DNA of 50,389 nt from an archaeon (GCA_043815885.1 JBDRIL010000014.1:1-50389); one strand, 5' to 3'; counted from the first letter of the stretch, positions 1-8,807 are shown. Notes: generated by a model from the sequence alone, not told the origin. Translations and numbers: made by a program.

Positions 1-20
1 AGTAATTGCGTCATACATTG

Positions 21-218
21 TCATGCTTTATGCCCCAGTACTATTGCCGTTTGGGGGATTTGGATTGAATCTGCTCTCAAACTGGCCAATAATACTGGTA
101 ACAAGCATAGTATACGCATACTTGTTTTCCTGTATTCTTGCTTTTGTTTTTTCTTTGGGGCAAAAGCCAAATAAATGTGTTGTCCTGAATTAAGTTCCCT
201 TCTGGTTTTTAGTCTCAT
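21..218 (-). CDS. Short hypothetical protein with basic N-terminus
   Basis: 65-aa ORF preceded by purine-rich AAAGGCGG; its TGA overlaps an ATG at 24 (MTMYDAIT...) that runs off the window edge; no recognisable domain. Confidence 0.35.
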   Translation of the reverse strand: MRLKTRRELNSGQHIYLAFAPKKKQKQEYRKTSMRILCLLPVLLASLRADSIQIPQTAIVLGHKA

Positions 219-235
219 GTATCCGCCTTTTTTTA

Positions 236-255
236 CTTGTTTTTTATCAGCCTAA
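236..255 (+). repeat. 20-bp direct repeat, copy 1 (CTTGTTTTTTATCAGCCTAA)
   Basis: Identical to 3845-3864. Confidence 0.85.
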
Positions 256-279
256 ATGCTGTTTGGCAAGCCGATAAGT

Positions 280-320
280 TTATATTATAATTCTATCATA
301 GTAATAGAATAGTGATATAA
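280..320. promoter_or_regulatory. Imperfect 17-bp inverted repeat overlapping the TATA box of the abiE operon (putative autoregulatory operator)
   Basis: Arms 280-296 and 304-320 match at 14/17 positions and end immediately before ATG 321; AbiEi antitoxins are known to autorepress via promoter inverted repeats. Confidence 0.55.
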
Positions 321-953
321 ATGAAATATGGGCTTTTTGTGAGGAAACTCTTGTTAAGGAAAGACCGCTATATTTCAAGCGGGGAGTTAAAAGAAGAGTG
401 TGCTAAGCTTGGCATGCCGTACGAGAAGGCAATCAAATACTTGTATCTCTATAAATACTTAGAACGTATTGTAAGGGGTTTTTTCTATATTCCGACTGTG
501 GAGGAAAGAAAATACAAGACAGGCGGGCCAAGCTTTTATGAGGCAATCTCTAAAGCAATGGAATACAAGAAAGTAAAAAACTGGTACTTTGGGTTGGAGA
601 CAGCAGTAAAGCTGAATAACATAACCCACGAGTTTTTCACAATTGATTATGTTGTTTCAGACACGATTTTCAGGGCAAAACCGTTTAAGGTTCTTGGAAG
701 AAAAGTCAAGTTCGTGAAATTGAATAAAAAATTGTTTGGGTTTGGAGTAAAAAAATCCAAAAACATGCCTTACTCGGATTTGGAGAAAACCATTCTGGAT
801 ATAATTCATTTACGGAAGTATTTGGGGGAAACCAATAAAGCAATAAGGGATTATGTGATTGAGTGGGCTGACGAAGCAGACAAAGACAAAATGAAGAAGT
901 ACTCAAAGCACTACAGTAAATCAGCGAGAAAGGTTTTAGAGGAATTAAAATAA
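321..953 (+). CDS. abiEi: Type IV TA antitoxin, AbiEi-like transcriptional regulator
   Basis: N-terminal wHTH-like segment with RGFFY, then YFGLETA and YSDLEKTILD motifs typical of AbiEi-like proteins; directly upstream of an AbiEii toxin. Confidence 0.75.
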   Translation: MKYGLFVRKLLLRKDRYISSGELKEECAKLGMPYEKAIKYLYLYKYLERIVRGFFYIPTVEERKYKTGGPSFYEAISKAMEYKKVKNWYFGLETAVKLNNITHEFFTIDYVVSDTIFRAKPFKVLGRKVKFVKLNKKLFGFGVKKSKNMPYSDLEKTILDIIHLRKYLGETNKAIRDYVIEWADEADKDKMKKYSKHYSKSARKVLEELK

Positions 954-973
954 TTCTTTTGGGGGAATTTTGA

Positions 974-1897
974 ATGATTGAAGAGGAAGCATTAAATTGG
1001 CTGTCAGAAAAACTCCAAATAAAGAGCACTCAATTAATTGAAAAAGACCTTTTACTGCAGGGCCTGCTATTGCAGCTCTCAAAATCAGGATACTTTTCAG
1101 AGAATTTTGTATTCAAGGGCGGAACCTGCCTAACCAAAGCATACTTCGGCTATTACCGTTTTTCGGAAGACCTTGACTTTACATGGATAAAACAGGAAGT
1201 GTTTGAAGGCAAATCAGAAAACCAGATAAGAAAAATGCTTTCAAAAGAAATCAACAAAATAATGGAAATAACCGAAAAAGCAACAAAAGAACTCGGGTTA
1301 GAATTCAAGCCAGTGAAATCAGACAAACACTATGTCCAGTTGGGGGGAAGCAACAGGTTCATAACATTAAAGTTATGGTATACGCCAACCACTGAAGAAA
1401 GAGAGACATTCATAAAGATTCAATTAAACTTTGTTGACAAAATATTTCACAAGCCAAAAAAAATCGAACTAAAAGCAATAGCCGAGAAACATGCTGAAGA
1501 CTTCGAGTATCTTTACCCAGAATACGCTGCAATGGCTATTGAGGCCCCGACTTTCTACTGCTATGACCTCAAAGAAATCGCAGCAGAAAAGACAAGGGCT
1601 TTGCTGACAAGAAGGGGATTCAAGGCAAGGGATATTGTTGACTTGCATTATTTGGCTACGGAAGGAGCAACAATAAATGCTGTGAAGAAAATGGCGATTG
1701 AAAAAACATTATTTATGCTCAAATACCTGAAATACGGGGAAAACCTGAAAAACAAGAAATTTGAAGAGGAATTCAGGCTGGGAGAAGAAGAAAGATTAAT
1801 GATAGAAGAAACCGGCAAGGGATTTGAAAAATTTGCAAGCAAAACACTCAAAGAATTAAACGAATTAGCTGAAGAAACAAGGAAAAAGCAAAAATAA
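974..1897 (+). CDS. abiEii: Type IV TA toxin, AbiEii/AbiGii nucleotidyltransferase
   Basis: IEKD...FKGGTCL...RFSEDLDF and AAEK...R...ARDIVDL motifs. Confidence 0.9.
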   Translation: MIEEEALNWLSEKLQIKSTQLIEKDLLLQGLLLQLSKSGYFSENFVFKGGTCLTKAYFGYYRFSEDLDFTWIKQEVFEGKSENQIRKMLSKEINKIMEITEKATKELGLEFKPVKSDKHYVQLGGSNRFITLKLWYTPTTEERETFIKIQLNFVDKIFHKPKKIELKAIAEKHAEDFEYLYPEYAAMAIEAPTFYCYDLKEIAAEKTRALLTRRGFKARDIVDLHYLATEGATINAVKKMAIEKTLFMLKYLKYGENLKNKKFEEEFRLGEEERLMIEETGKGFEKFASKTLKELNELAEETRKKQK

Positions 1898-2089
1898 GGG
1901 TGTTTATATGGAAACATTTAATGGAAAACTAAGAAGAATCCTTTATAACGGGAAAAGATTGCATATAGCAAGAAGTCATTCCATCCATGAAATAGATAAC
2001 GAAATAAAAAACCTGAAAGTCGGTGACTTAGTGCTTTGCAGTTGGCATAAAACAATAAGGAAGATTTAAATACAATGAAGACATAATAA

Positions 2090-2162
2090 TATTGAAAAGT
2101 TTTTTTGTGGGGCACAAAAACTAAAACGTTTTTTAACTCAAAGAGGGGACCACCCCCCCGCA
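2090..2162 (+). repeat. About 73-bp direct repeat, copy 1 (hairpin-forming, preceded by a TATA-like box)
   Basis: 2090-2148 is identical to 3573-3631 (59 bp); similarity extends on both sides. Confidence 0.9.
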
Positions 2163-2260
2163 AGCTGTTTAAACCAAAAAGCTTTCATATGAATTTTTAC
2201 ATGTGATTATGTGTATTTTCACTCTTGAATTGGTGGAAGAATTATTAACGCTATTTAAAT

Positions 2261-2284
2261 AGGTTGCTAATACAATAGCAACCT
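2261..2284. promoter_or_regulatory. Perfect 9-bp inverted repeat AGGTTGCTA-N6-TAGCAACCT (putative operator)
   Basis: Lies between two TATA-like boxes (2252-2260, 2284-2291) upstream of the ATPase gene. Confidence 0.5.
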
Positions 2285-2314
2285 TTATATATGTGTTTGT
2301 TTAGTATATTTATT

Positions 2315-3544
2315 GTGGATGAAAAAACAATTATTGAGGTTCTCAATAGATGGAATCCTTGGAAAAAAGAGATTGATGCAGGCATAAAGAGGCCCAAGTA
2401 TATTAACATTATTTATCCTTTTTTTGAGCGAAAAGAGGTCATTGTTCTTAAAGGAGTACGCAGGTCTGGCAAATCCACTATCCTAAAGCAGTTAATATCT
2501 GAGTTACTGAAGAATGGAGTGGCAAAAAACCAGATCCTGTATTTGAATCTTGAAGACTACAATTTTTCTAGTTACCTGAACGTGGATTTATTTGAGCAGG
2601 TTTTAAATGCTTATAAAAAATACTTGAAGAACAAAAGAAAAATTTATTTTTTTATTGATGAAATCCAGAAAATTCCTGGTTGGGAAAAATGGGTTAGAAC
2701 AAAGTATGACTTGAATGAAAACATTAAGTTCGTGATTACAGGTTCTTCAGCTTCCTTGTTGTCCAAAGAGTTTTCAGCTCTCTTGACAGGCAGAAATTTA
2801 TCTTTCAGGGTCTTGCCTTTGTCTTTCAGCGAGTTCCTCTTGTTCAGCAAAAAGGGTTATTTAGAAGATTATTTAAAGTTCGGTGGTTTTCCAGAGGTTG
2901 TTTTGGAGAAATCTAAAGAAAAAAAGTTGTTTTTGCTCCAACAGTATTTTGAGGACATTATTCATAAAGATATAATTGACAGATATAACATCAGGAATGC
3001 AAAACAATTAATTGAATTAGCGAGATATCTGGTTGGCACTTCTTCTTCAAAAGTCAGTTTTAACAAGTTATCTAAAATTTTCGGGATTTCAAAGGACACA
3101 ATTTCAATTTATGTTGGCTATATGGTTGATGCATACCTTTTAGTTGAAGTAACTTATTTTTCCTATTCCGCAAAAATAAGGCATGACGTAACCAAACTTC
3201 CAAAGTTTTACGCAATCGACAATGGTCTAATCAATGTAGCAACCATTAAATACTCAAAGAATTTGGGCCAAATGTATGAGAATACTGTTTTGATTAAATT
3301 ATTAGAAAGCTTTGATGAGATAAGTTATTGGTCGGAACTAAAATCAGAGGTTGACTTCATTGCTGGAAATAAAGCAATGAATGTAACTGCAACAGACAAA
3401 GTGCCTCCCAGAGAAAGAAAAGGATTAGAGGAATTCAAAAGAAAGCATAAAAATTTTTCCATTTTCTTGATAACTAAATCAACCAATAAAGGAGACCTGC
3501 TTTCAATCAAAAAGTTTTTGGAAGTAGAGGGGCTCATCACCTAA
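2315..3544 (+). CDS. AAA_14 family ATPase with DUF4143 domain
   Basis: WNPW N-terminus, Walker A GVRRSGKS, Walker B FFIDEIQ, ITGSS, GGFPE, KFYAIDNG, EVDF; GTG 2315 chosen as start (about 25 nt after TTTATATA); ORF track starts at 2291. Confidence 0.9.
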   Translation: MDEKTIIEVLNRWNPWKKEIDAGIKRPKYINIIYPFFERKEVIVLKGVRRSGKSTILKQLISELLKNGVAKNQILYLNLEDYNFSSYLNVDLFEQVLNAYKKYLKNKRKIYFFIDEIQKIPGWEKWVRTKYDLNENIKFVITGSSASLLSKEFSALLTGRNLSFRVLPLSFSEFLLFSKKGYLEDYLKFGGFPEVVLEKSKEKKLFLLQQYFEDIIHKDIIDRYNIRNAKQLIELARYLVGTSSSKVSFNKLSKIFGISKDTISIYVGYMVDAYLLVEVTYFSYSAKIRHDVTKLPKFYAIDNGLINVATIKYSKNLGQMYENTVLIKLLESFDEISYWSELKSEVDFIAGNKAMNVTATDKVPPRERKGLEEFKRKHKNFSIFLITKSTNKGDLLSIKKFLEVEGLIT

Positions 3545-3572
3545 AAGCTTAAATATAATGAACGCCTTATAG

Positions 3573-3646
3573 TATTGAAAAGTTTTTTTGTGGGGCACAA
3601 AAACTAAAACGTTTTTTAACTCAAAGAGGGGGCCGCCCTCCCCGCA
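3573..3646 (+). repeat. About 73-bp direct repeat, copy 2
   Basis: Matches 2090-2162. Confidence 0.9.
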
Positions 3647-3649
3647 TCA

Positions 3650-3801
3650 GAACCTACGTGACAAATCAGTTTATGAAAAATAATGTTTTTAAACGCAATA
3701 ACTGATTTGTCATTCCGATACCTCCCTCATTTGGAGGGTATCGTTTCTTCGCCAGCCTTTTTTCTAAAAAGGTTGTCCGATACCTCCCTTCCGTAAGGTT
3801 C
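3650..3801. repeat. Cluster of palindromic dispersed repeats (TCCGATACCTCCC family) with a nested 13-bp inverted repeat
   Basis: TCCGATACCTCCC at 3714 and 3776; IR arms 3659-3671/3700-3712; related copies at 4875-4898, 25091-25115 and 25405-25453. Confidence 0.7.
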
Positions 3802-3844
3802 CTATTGTCTCCTGTTTGGGCAGTAATGTTATGCTGATAATTTC

Positions 3845-3918
3845 CTTGTTTTTTATCAGCCTAACTAAGAAAACCAAGAGTTAGGCTGATGGTTTTAAAT
3901 ACTTTTATCAGCCTAACT
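3845..3918. promoter_or_regulatory. Fic gene promoter with three ATCAGCCTAACT sites (12-bp IR plus a third copy after the TATA box); includes 20-bp direct repeat copy 2
   Basis: ATCAGCCTAACT 3855-3866, reverse complement 3879-3890, third copy 3907-3918; TTTTAAAT at 3893-3900. Confidence 0.65.
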
Positions 3919-3924
3919 ATTTTT

Positions 3925-4866
3925 ATGGCTCTCAGAACAAAAATGGTTAAGGGAAAAAAATACTACTATCTTGATTTAAGTTATTTCATTTCAGACAAGG
4001 CAAAAACCTTCAGTAAATACATTGGCGCAAAAAAGCCATCAAAAAATGAAATTGCAAAAATTAAGGAGTCTATCAGGAGTGAAATAATTTCAAAAATTTC
4101 AGGAAAAAAATATGAAAATGAGTTCATTTCCAAAGATGATTTAATAAAAGCACTTCTTTTCAAAGAAGCATTTAATAAGAGATTTGCTTCCCTTTCCAAA
4201 GTACAAAAGAGAAAGCATGAAATTGATAGTACAATTCTTTTCACTTTAACAACTCTTACAACAGAAGATGTTGATGTTAGCCTGGATGACGTTGTGAATG
4301 CTTTTGAGAAAGAAAGGCAATTGAGCGTTAGAGAGCAGATAAGCAAAAACATGCTTAAAGCGGTTGAATCAATAAAGGAAAAGCATGTTCTCAACAAGCA
4401 ATATTTACTGGGATTGCACAAAACAATAATGGCGAGTTTTGAGGGAAAGGCGCCAGGCAAAACAAGAAGCCGTCAGGTTTACCTGCACAAACACGATCCA
4501 AAAAATCTTTTTGGGATAGAAATAGGTTATAGGCCCCCGCACTACAGCAAGATAAACGAATTACTTGATGACTTTGTTGAATGGCATAATTCAACTAAAA
4601 TAAATCCAATAGAGAAAGCAGCAATAGCGCACTACAAACTATACAAAATTCATGCCTTCCTTGATGGCAACAAAAGGATAAGCAGGCTGTTATTCAATAA
4701 AACTCTATTGGATGAAGGATTTCCGTTGCTTAACATTTCATTAAAAAAAGAACCATATTTCCAGGCACTGATAGCTGCAGTTGAGAAAGACCAGCCAAAA
4801 AAAATCGCGGAATTCACGCTAAAAGAATTCTTAAGGCAAACAAAACAATTTCTAAAACAAAAATGA
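3925..4866 (+). CDS. Fic family protein
   Basis: Fic motif variant HAFLDGNKRISR; N-terminal KGKKYYYL...SKYIG segment; ATG 3925 lies 25 nt after the TATA box (ORF track start 3889). Confidence 0.88.
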   Translation: MALRTKMVKGKKYYYLDLSYFISDKAKTFSKYIGAKKPSKNEIAKIKESIRSEIISKISGKKYENEFISKDDLIKALLFKEAFNKRFASLSKVQKRKHEIDSTILFTLTTLTTEDVDVSLDDVVNAFEKERQLSVREQISKNMLKAVESIKEKHVLNKQYLLGLHKTIMASFEGKAPGKTRSRQVYLHKHDPKNLFGIEIGYRPPHYSKINELLDDFVEWHNSTKINPIEKAAIAHYKLYKIHAFLDGNKRISRLLFNKTLLDEGFPLLNISLKKEPYFQALIAAVEKDQPKKIAEFTLKEFLRQTKQFLKQK

Positions 4867-5017
4867 GGCACTGTGTTTTTCCGATAACTTTTCCTTAATC
4901 AGAACCTGCCCGCTTTTAAAAAAAGCAGGCGCGCAAAAAAGCTTTGGATACATTTTCCTTCCAACAGTTTTCCTTTAAGAAGTTTTCTGTTGCTTTTTCT
5001 TTTTAGAGGATGAAAAA

Positions 5018-5602
5018 ATGCCTAGGAAAAAAAGGAGATTGAGTGGTAGAAAAGTAGGAGAGTTTATAGCACAACAAAAGGCTAAAAGGATAGTTATTGC
5101 AAACAGAAAAAAAGCTAGAGTGCTGTGTGAGTTGTTTCCTTCCCTTTCTAATTTGAAAGCGTTTCCTGCAGAAAGATTAAGAATGACTGCGGATGAATTC
5201 AGTTTGGTAAGGTTACTTGAATCGGCTGAGGGCAGAATCTCCTTTTCTAAGAATGCTTTACGAGAAATATTTAATAAGGACCCACAAAGAGCAATGCTTT
5301 TTGTTCGTTTTTTGAGAGCATGCAAACTATATAAGGTAAATCCTATGCGTGTGTTAGGCAGGCCATTTGCTTTGGGGATGGTTTCATCTTATGGCAAAGA
5401 AGTAAGGGCGCAACTTGTTACTGAACTAAGAAAATTAAAGCGTGAAAAAAAAGAAGATTTTGATTCATTTGATTTGGTTGGATTCTTTAAAGAGGATTCC
5501 CTCTATTTAAGGCAAGCCTCTAGAACACAGTTTAAGGATTTGCAGTACTCATTACATCTTGAATTCAGAACTCTTGCATTTCTTGCAACAAGAAATTACT
5601 AA
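5018..5602 (+). CDS. Hypothetical basic protein (MPRKKRR...), possibly frameshifted into 5559-5819
   Basis: 194-aa ORF with SD-like GAGGATGA; no recognisable domain. Confidence 0.6.
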   Translation: MPRKKRRLSGRKVGEFIAQQKAKRIVIANRKKARVLCELFPSLSNLKAFPAERLRMTADEFSLVRLLESAEGRISFSKNALREIFNKDPQRAMLFVRFLRACKLYKVNPMRVLGRPFALGMVSSYGKEVRAQLVTELRKLKREKKEDFDSFDLVGFFKEDSLYLRQASRTQFKDLQYSLHLEFRTLAFLATRNY

Positions 5603-5819
5603 GTGGAACACATTAAGGGATTTAGCAGGAGAAAGATGGCGAAATATTTTTCTTGAAAAGGCAAAACAAAAACCAACAACGTCTTTTATAGAATTCTTGG
5701 AATCAGGGGCTTTCAGGAAGTCAAGAAGTATTACTCCCGGCAGGAAGAAGCAACTAATGGAGTTAGTTAAAGCCAACCACATTGACTGGCTACAAATACG
5801 CCGCGAATTTAAAGACTAG
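5559..5819 (+). CDS. Hypothetical protein or C-terminal part of a frameshifted 5018 gene
   Basis: +1 frame open from 5511; TTG start lacks an SD; 44-nt overlap with the previous ORF. Confidence 0.4.
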   Translation: MNSELLHFLQQEITKWNTLRDLAGERWRNIFLEKAKQKPTTSFIEFLESGAFRKSRSITPGRKKQLMELVKANHIDWLQIRREFKD

Positions 5820-5824
5820 ACTTA

Positions 5825-6154
5825 TTAAAATATTTCGACGTGCTCGCTGAGTCCGTTGAGTCTCTTCATTCTTTCTTTGAAGGCTTGGCTGGGAGTTAAT
5901 TTGGCGGGAGCTTCATTTTCATTCTCGTTATTTCCGTTTCCGTTATTTCCATTGTTTCCGTTGAATGAATTTTTTTTGAGCAGTAAGGTTGAGGTTCCGC
6001 CATTGTTGTTCTTCAGTCCTTTCAGGAAAGCATTTATTTTGTCCATTGAGTCTTCATTCATTTCTCCATTGTATTTGCATTTCATGCATTGCAGTCCAAT
6101 AGGGATGGATTTTATTTGAAGAGAACCACAAGAAGGACAGTATTTTAGTTTCAA
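5825..6154 (-). CDS. Small zinc-ribbon protein with Asn/Gly low-complexity linker
   Basis: CPSC-x10-CMKC; probable TTG start at 6154 after SD-like GAGTGA. Confidence 0.7.
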   Translation of the reverse strand: MKLKYCPSCGSLQIKSIPIGLQCMKCKYNGEMNEDSMDKINAFLKGLKNNNGGTSTLLLKKNSFNGNNGNNGNGNNENENEAPAKLTPSQAFKERMKRLNGLSEHVEIF

Positions 6155-6317
6155 GTATATCACTCGTGCAAAATAATTTAAAGGCAATAATATAATTACT
6201 TTATTATATATAAATATTGCCTTTTTTTTGGCAAAAAATAAGAAAATTATGAATTTTTTTCATTGTATACCGAAGGTATGCAATGTTTTTTTTGATAAAA
6301 CTTTTCTTAAAAGTTTT

Positions 6318-7256
6318 TCAGAATTTCTTCAGTAAATCGCTTGGTCGAACATCCTCGGCTTTTTTTTCTTGTTTTTTGAATGCAAAAGTCCTTTTCCCTT
6401 CTTCTTTTGTTTGAGTGCCTGAATCAATTTTTTCTTCAAATAATTTTTTTCCTTTAAATCCTCTGTTGAATAAATGCCTTCTCTCAGCCCAGAAAATAAC
6501 CATTATGAGTATTACCATTAATCCGATGATCCCGCTCAGCCAGTAATCCTTTGCTGTTGAAGCCAGTCCGGTTGTTGTAGTGATTCTTGGAGGCTTTTTC
6601 TTGACTGACTGTTTTTCAACTAATTCAATCTTTTTATCTATTTCTTCTTCTGTTGAACTCAATCCAGTTGTGACTTCATTCCTTAATTCTTCAGCTTCAT
6701 TCTTTATTCCTTCCAGTGCAGTAATCATGTTATTTATTTCATCTGTTTTTTCTCCGATTTTTTTGTCTGTTTCTTCTTTCAGTGAATTCAATGCATTTGA
6801 TTCTTCCTCTAACCTTGAACTGATTCCTTCAAGTGTTGAACTCACTTCTTCCTGGAATTCTTCCGGGACGGCATGAATTGCTTCAATTTCTTCAATCAAT
6901 TCCTCCACTGTACTGTTCTTCATATAAGTTACTGCCTTTATTTCATGTATTCCCTTTGAAATCCCGAAGTAAGCTATCTCCAGAGTCAAACCAGAAGTGC
7001 TTAAAGGATCTGAATCAAAAGTGAAAGCCTTTAACACGTAATCCTCGTGAATTACTGGAGGCTTGTTATTGAATGCAGTAATAACCAGCAGTTCATCAAA
7101 ATAAACTTCTGTTGTATTGAAGGAATCACTTGGATTCAATTCAATGGAAAAACTCCAGTTAATGTTTGCCGGAATCCTTTCAGGAACATTGATTGCAGCG
7201 GCATGCACTAAAGAAAAACAAAAAACCAATAAAACCAATAAAATTACTCCCTTCAT
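6318..7256 (-). CDS. Membrane-anchored surface protein (signal peptide, coiled coil, C-terminal TM helix)
   Basis: Hydrophobic N-terminus ending VHA, Glu-rich helical middle, TM segment SGIIGLMVILIMVIFW, basic tail; SD GGAG. Confidence 0.8.
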   Translation of the reverse strand: MKGVILLVLLVFCFSLVHAAAINVPERIPANINWSFSIELNPSDSFNTTEVYFDELLVITAFNNKPPVIHEDYVLKAFTFDSDPLSTSGLTLEIAYFGISKGIHEIKAVTYMKNSTVEELIEEIEAIHAVPEEFQEEVSSTLEGISSRLEEESNALNSLKEETDKKIGEKTDEINNMITALEGIKNEAEELRNEVTTGLSSTEEEIDKKIELVEKQSVKKKPPRITTTTGLASTAKDYWLSGIIGLMVILIMVIFWAERRHLFNRGFKGKKLFEEKIDSGTQTKEEGKRTFAFKKQEKKAEDVRPSDLLKKF

Positions 7257-7364
7257 TTCTCTCCACTCCCAAATTCCTTTATTCCATTAATATTAGTTTT
7301 CCATTATTTTTAAACCTTCCTCCTTGTCTTTGTTTTTATTCTTTTCTTTTCATTACTTTTAGGT

Positions 7365-7820
7365 ATGAAGGCATTAATAGTGCATTCTTCCTCTCCTGAT
7401 GTAAGGAAGCTGGCAGAGCTAATGGCAGAAGAACTTCAAACCAATAACATTCAAGCACAGATTGAGGAAGTAATTCCATTAAAGCAGAAAAGACTAAAGA
7501 AAAAGGAAATGAAATTCAAGCCAGTGACCTTTGACTGGAATGGTTTTGACTTGGTTTTTGTTGGAGTGCCGGTGATTGGTTTTGGCAGTTCCAAAGCAAT
7601 AAACAATTACCTCCGCAAATGCCAGAATTTAAGCGGGAGAAGGATTGGTTTATTTATTGTCTGCATTGGCTTGCACGGAAACGCAGTAAAAAAAATGACT
7701 TCAATCATTAACTTCCACGGCGGAAAGGTAAAGGATTACACCGTGATTTCATCCTTTTTAGGCTTAAACGAAAAAAAATTAAACCAGGCAAGAGAATTCA
7801 CCCAAAAAATGATTAAATAA
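7365..7820 (+). CDS. Flavodoxin-like protein
   Basis: MKALIVHSS...LAE...DLVFVGVPV...IGLF flavodoxin fold pattern; FMN phosphate loop appears degenerate. Confidence 0.75.
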   Translation: MKALIVHSSSPDVRKLAELMAEELQTNNIQAQIEEVIPLKQKRLKKKEMKFKPVTFDWNGFDLVFVGVPVIGFGSSKAINNYLRKCQNLSGRRIGLFIVCIGLHGNAVKKMTSIINFHGGKVKDYTVISSFLGLNEKKLNQAREFTQKMIK

Positions 7821-7837
7821 AAAGGAGGCTTTAATCA

Positions 7838-8287
7838 ATGAGGCCAGGAAGAAGATTAACTCTAAAAACAAGGAGAGCGCAGAGGTCAGTTAAAGGAAAA
7901 CGCCAAGCACCCAAATCACAGCAACCTACAAGAAAAAAATATACTGCAAAAGTACTTGGAAAACGTTTGAAATCGTTTGGAAGAGGGAAAAGGGTAAAAA
8001 AGATTGTGGAGTCAATTTTTGAGAGACAAAGTCTGTTGAATCCTTTTATAGAAAGATTTGGGGACTTTCGAGGGGGGGATAGCACTGTTGTCATCAAGGT
8101 TCTAAGTAGAATTGCCTCTGGTAAAGAAGTAAATATTGCAGAAGCTGTAGAAGAGGAATTGTTTAACTTAGGAATACATTGGTATGCCAGCAGGAAGATG
8201 CCAACAATTGATTTATTAAGGAGTGTTCAAAGTAAGTTGAAAAAAAAGGAGTTGCTTGAGGAATTGATTAGAAGCATTCACGAATAA
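7838..8287 (+). CDS. Hypothetical Arg/Lys-rich protein
   Basis: SD AGGAGG; 149 aa; highly basic N-terminal third. Confidence 0.7.
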   Translation: MRPGRRLTLKTRRAQRSVKGKRQAPKSQQPTRKKYTAKVLGKRLKSFGRGKRVKKIVESIFERQSLLNPFIERFGDFRGGDSTVVIKVLSRIASGKEVNIAEAVEEELFNLGIHWYASRKMPTIDLLRSVQSKLKKKELLEELIRSIHE

Positions 8288-8318
8288 ATTTTTTTGTAAT
8301 TGAGTTGGTGATAGGCGG

Positions 8319-8807
8319 TTGGCTTTTAATAAGATTAAAATTGAAGGCAATAATAAGACGAATGCAATGCATTTGCATTGCTTTCATGAATTGAATAAAA
8401 TGCATGTAAGGAATGAATTGCCTTTGAAGTTCATTCATCCCGAACAAACAGTCATTCTTTCTTCTTCTCAGGGCCTTTCTTCCAGAAAAGGCAAGTTTGA
8501 TTTCCTGGTTGAGACACTGAAGGGAAAACTCATTGGTTTTGAGGTATTGACTCGTCCTTCAAAGGGAAAGATGAAGGAAAAGCTTGCTTATGCTAATGAA
8601 GTCGATGAATTTGTTTTTGTATTGCCTCATGATGCAATGCAGTTCTATCAAAAGCCAAAGACAAAAGTATTCCATAAGAAATGCAGGCTGAATTACTTTG
8701 GAAATGAATTCAGTTCTTCTTCCTTGAAGGTGTGGCTGTTTAATTTAAGGGATGGAAGATTCACTGAAAAGGCTTCCTTCAATAAAGTCTTCTGCGTGAA
8801 AAAATGA
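8319..8807 (+). CDS. Hypothetical protein, possible PD-(D/E)xK-like fold
   Basis: KFDFLV...IGFEV pattern; SD GGTGA; ATGA overlap with the next gene. Confidence 0.55.
   Translation: MAFNKIKIEGNNKTNAMHLHCFHELNKMHVRNELPLKFIHPEQTVILSSSQGLSSRKGKFDFLVETLKGKLIGFEVLTRPSKGKMKEKLAYANEVDEFVFVLPHDAMQFYQKPKTKVFHKKCRLNYFGNEFSSSSLKVWLFNLRDGRFTEKASFNKVFCVKK

Noticed and set aside
1918..2163. 81-aa minus-strand ORF
   Set aside because: Runs through the non-coding direct repeat; no protein-like features
2090..3918. Possible CRISPR array from repeated motifs
   Set aside because: Repeats are not regularly spaced with unique spacers, and there are no cas genes in the window
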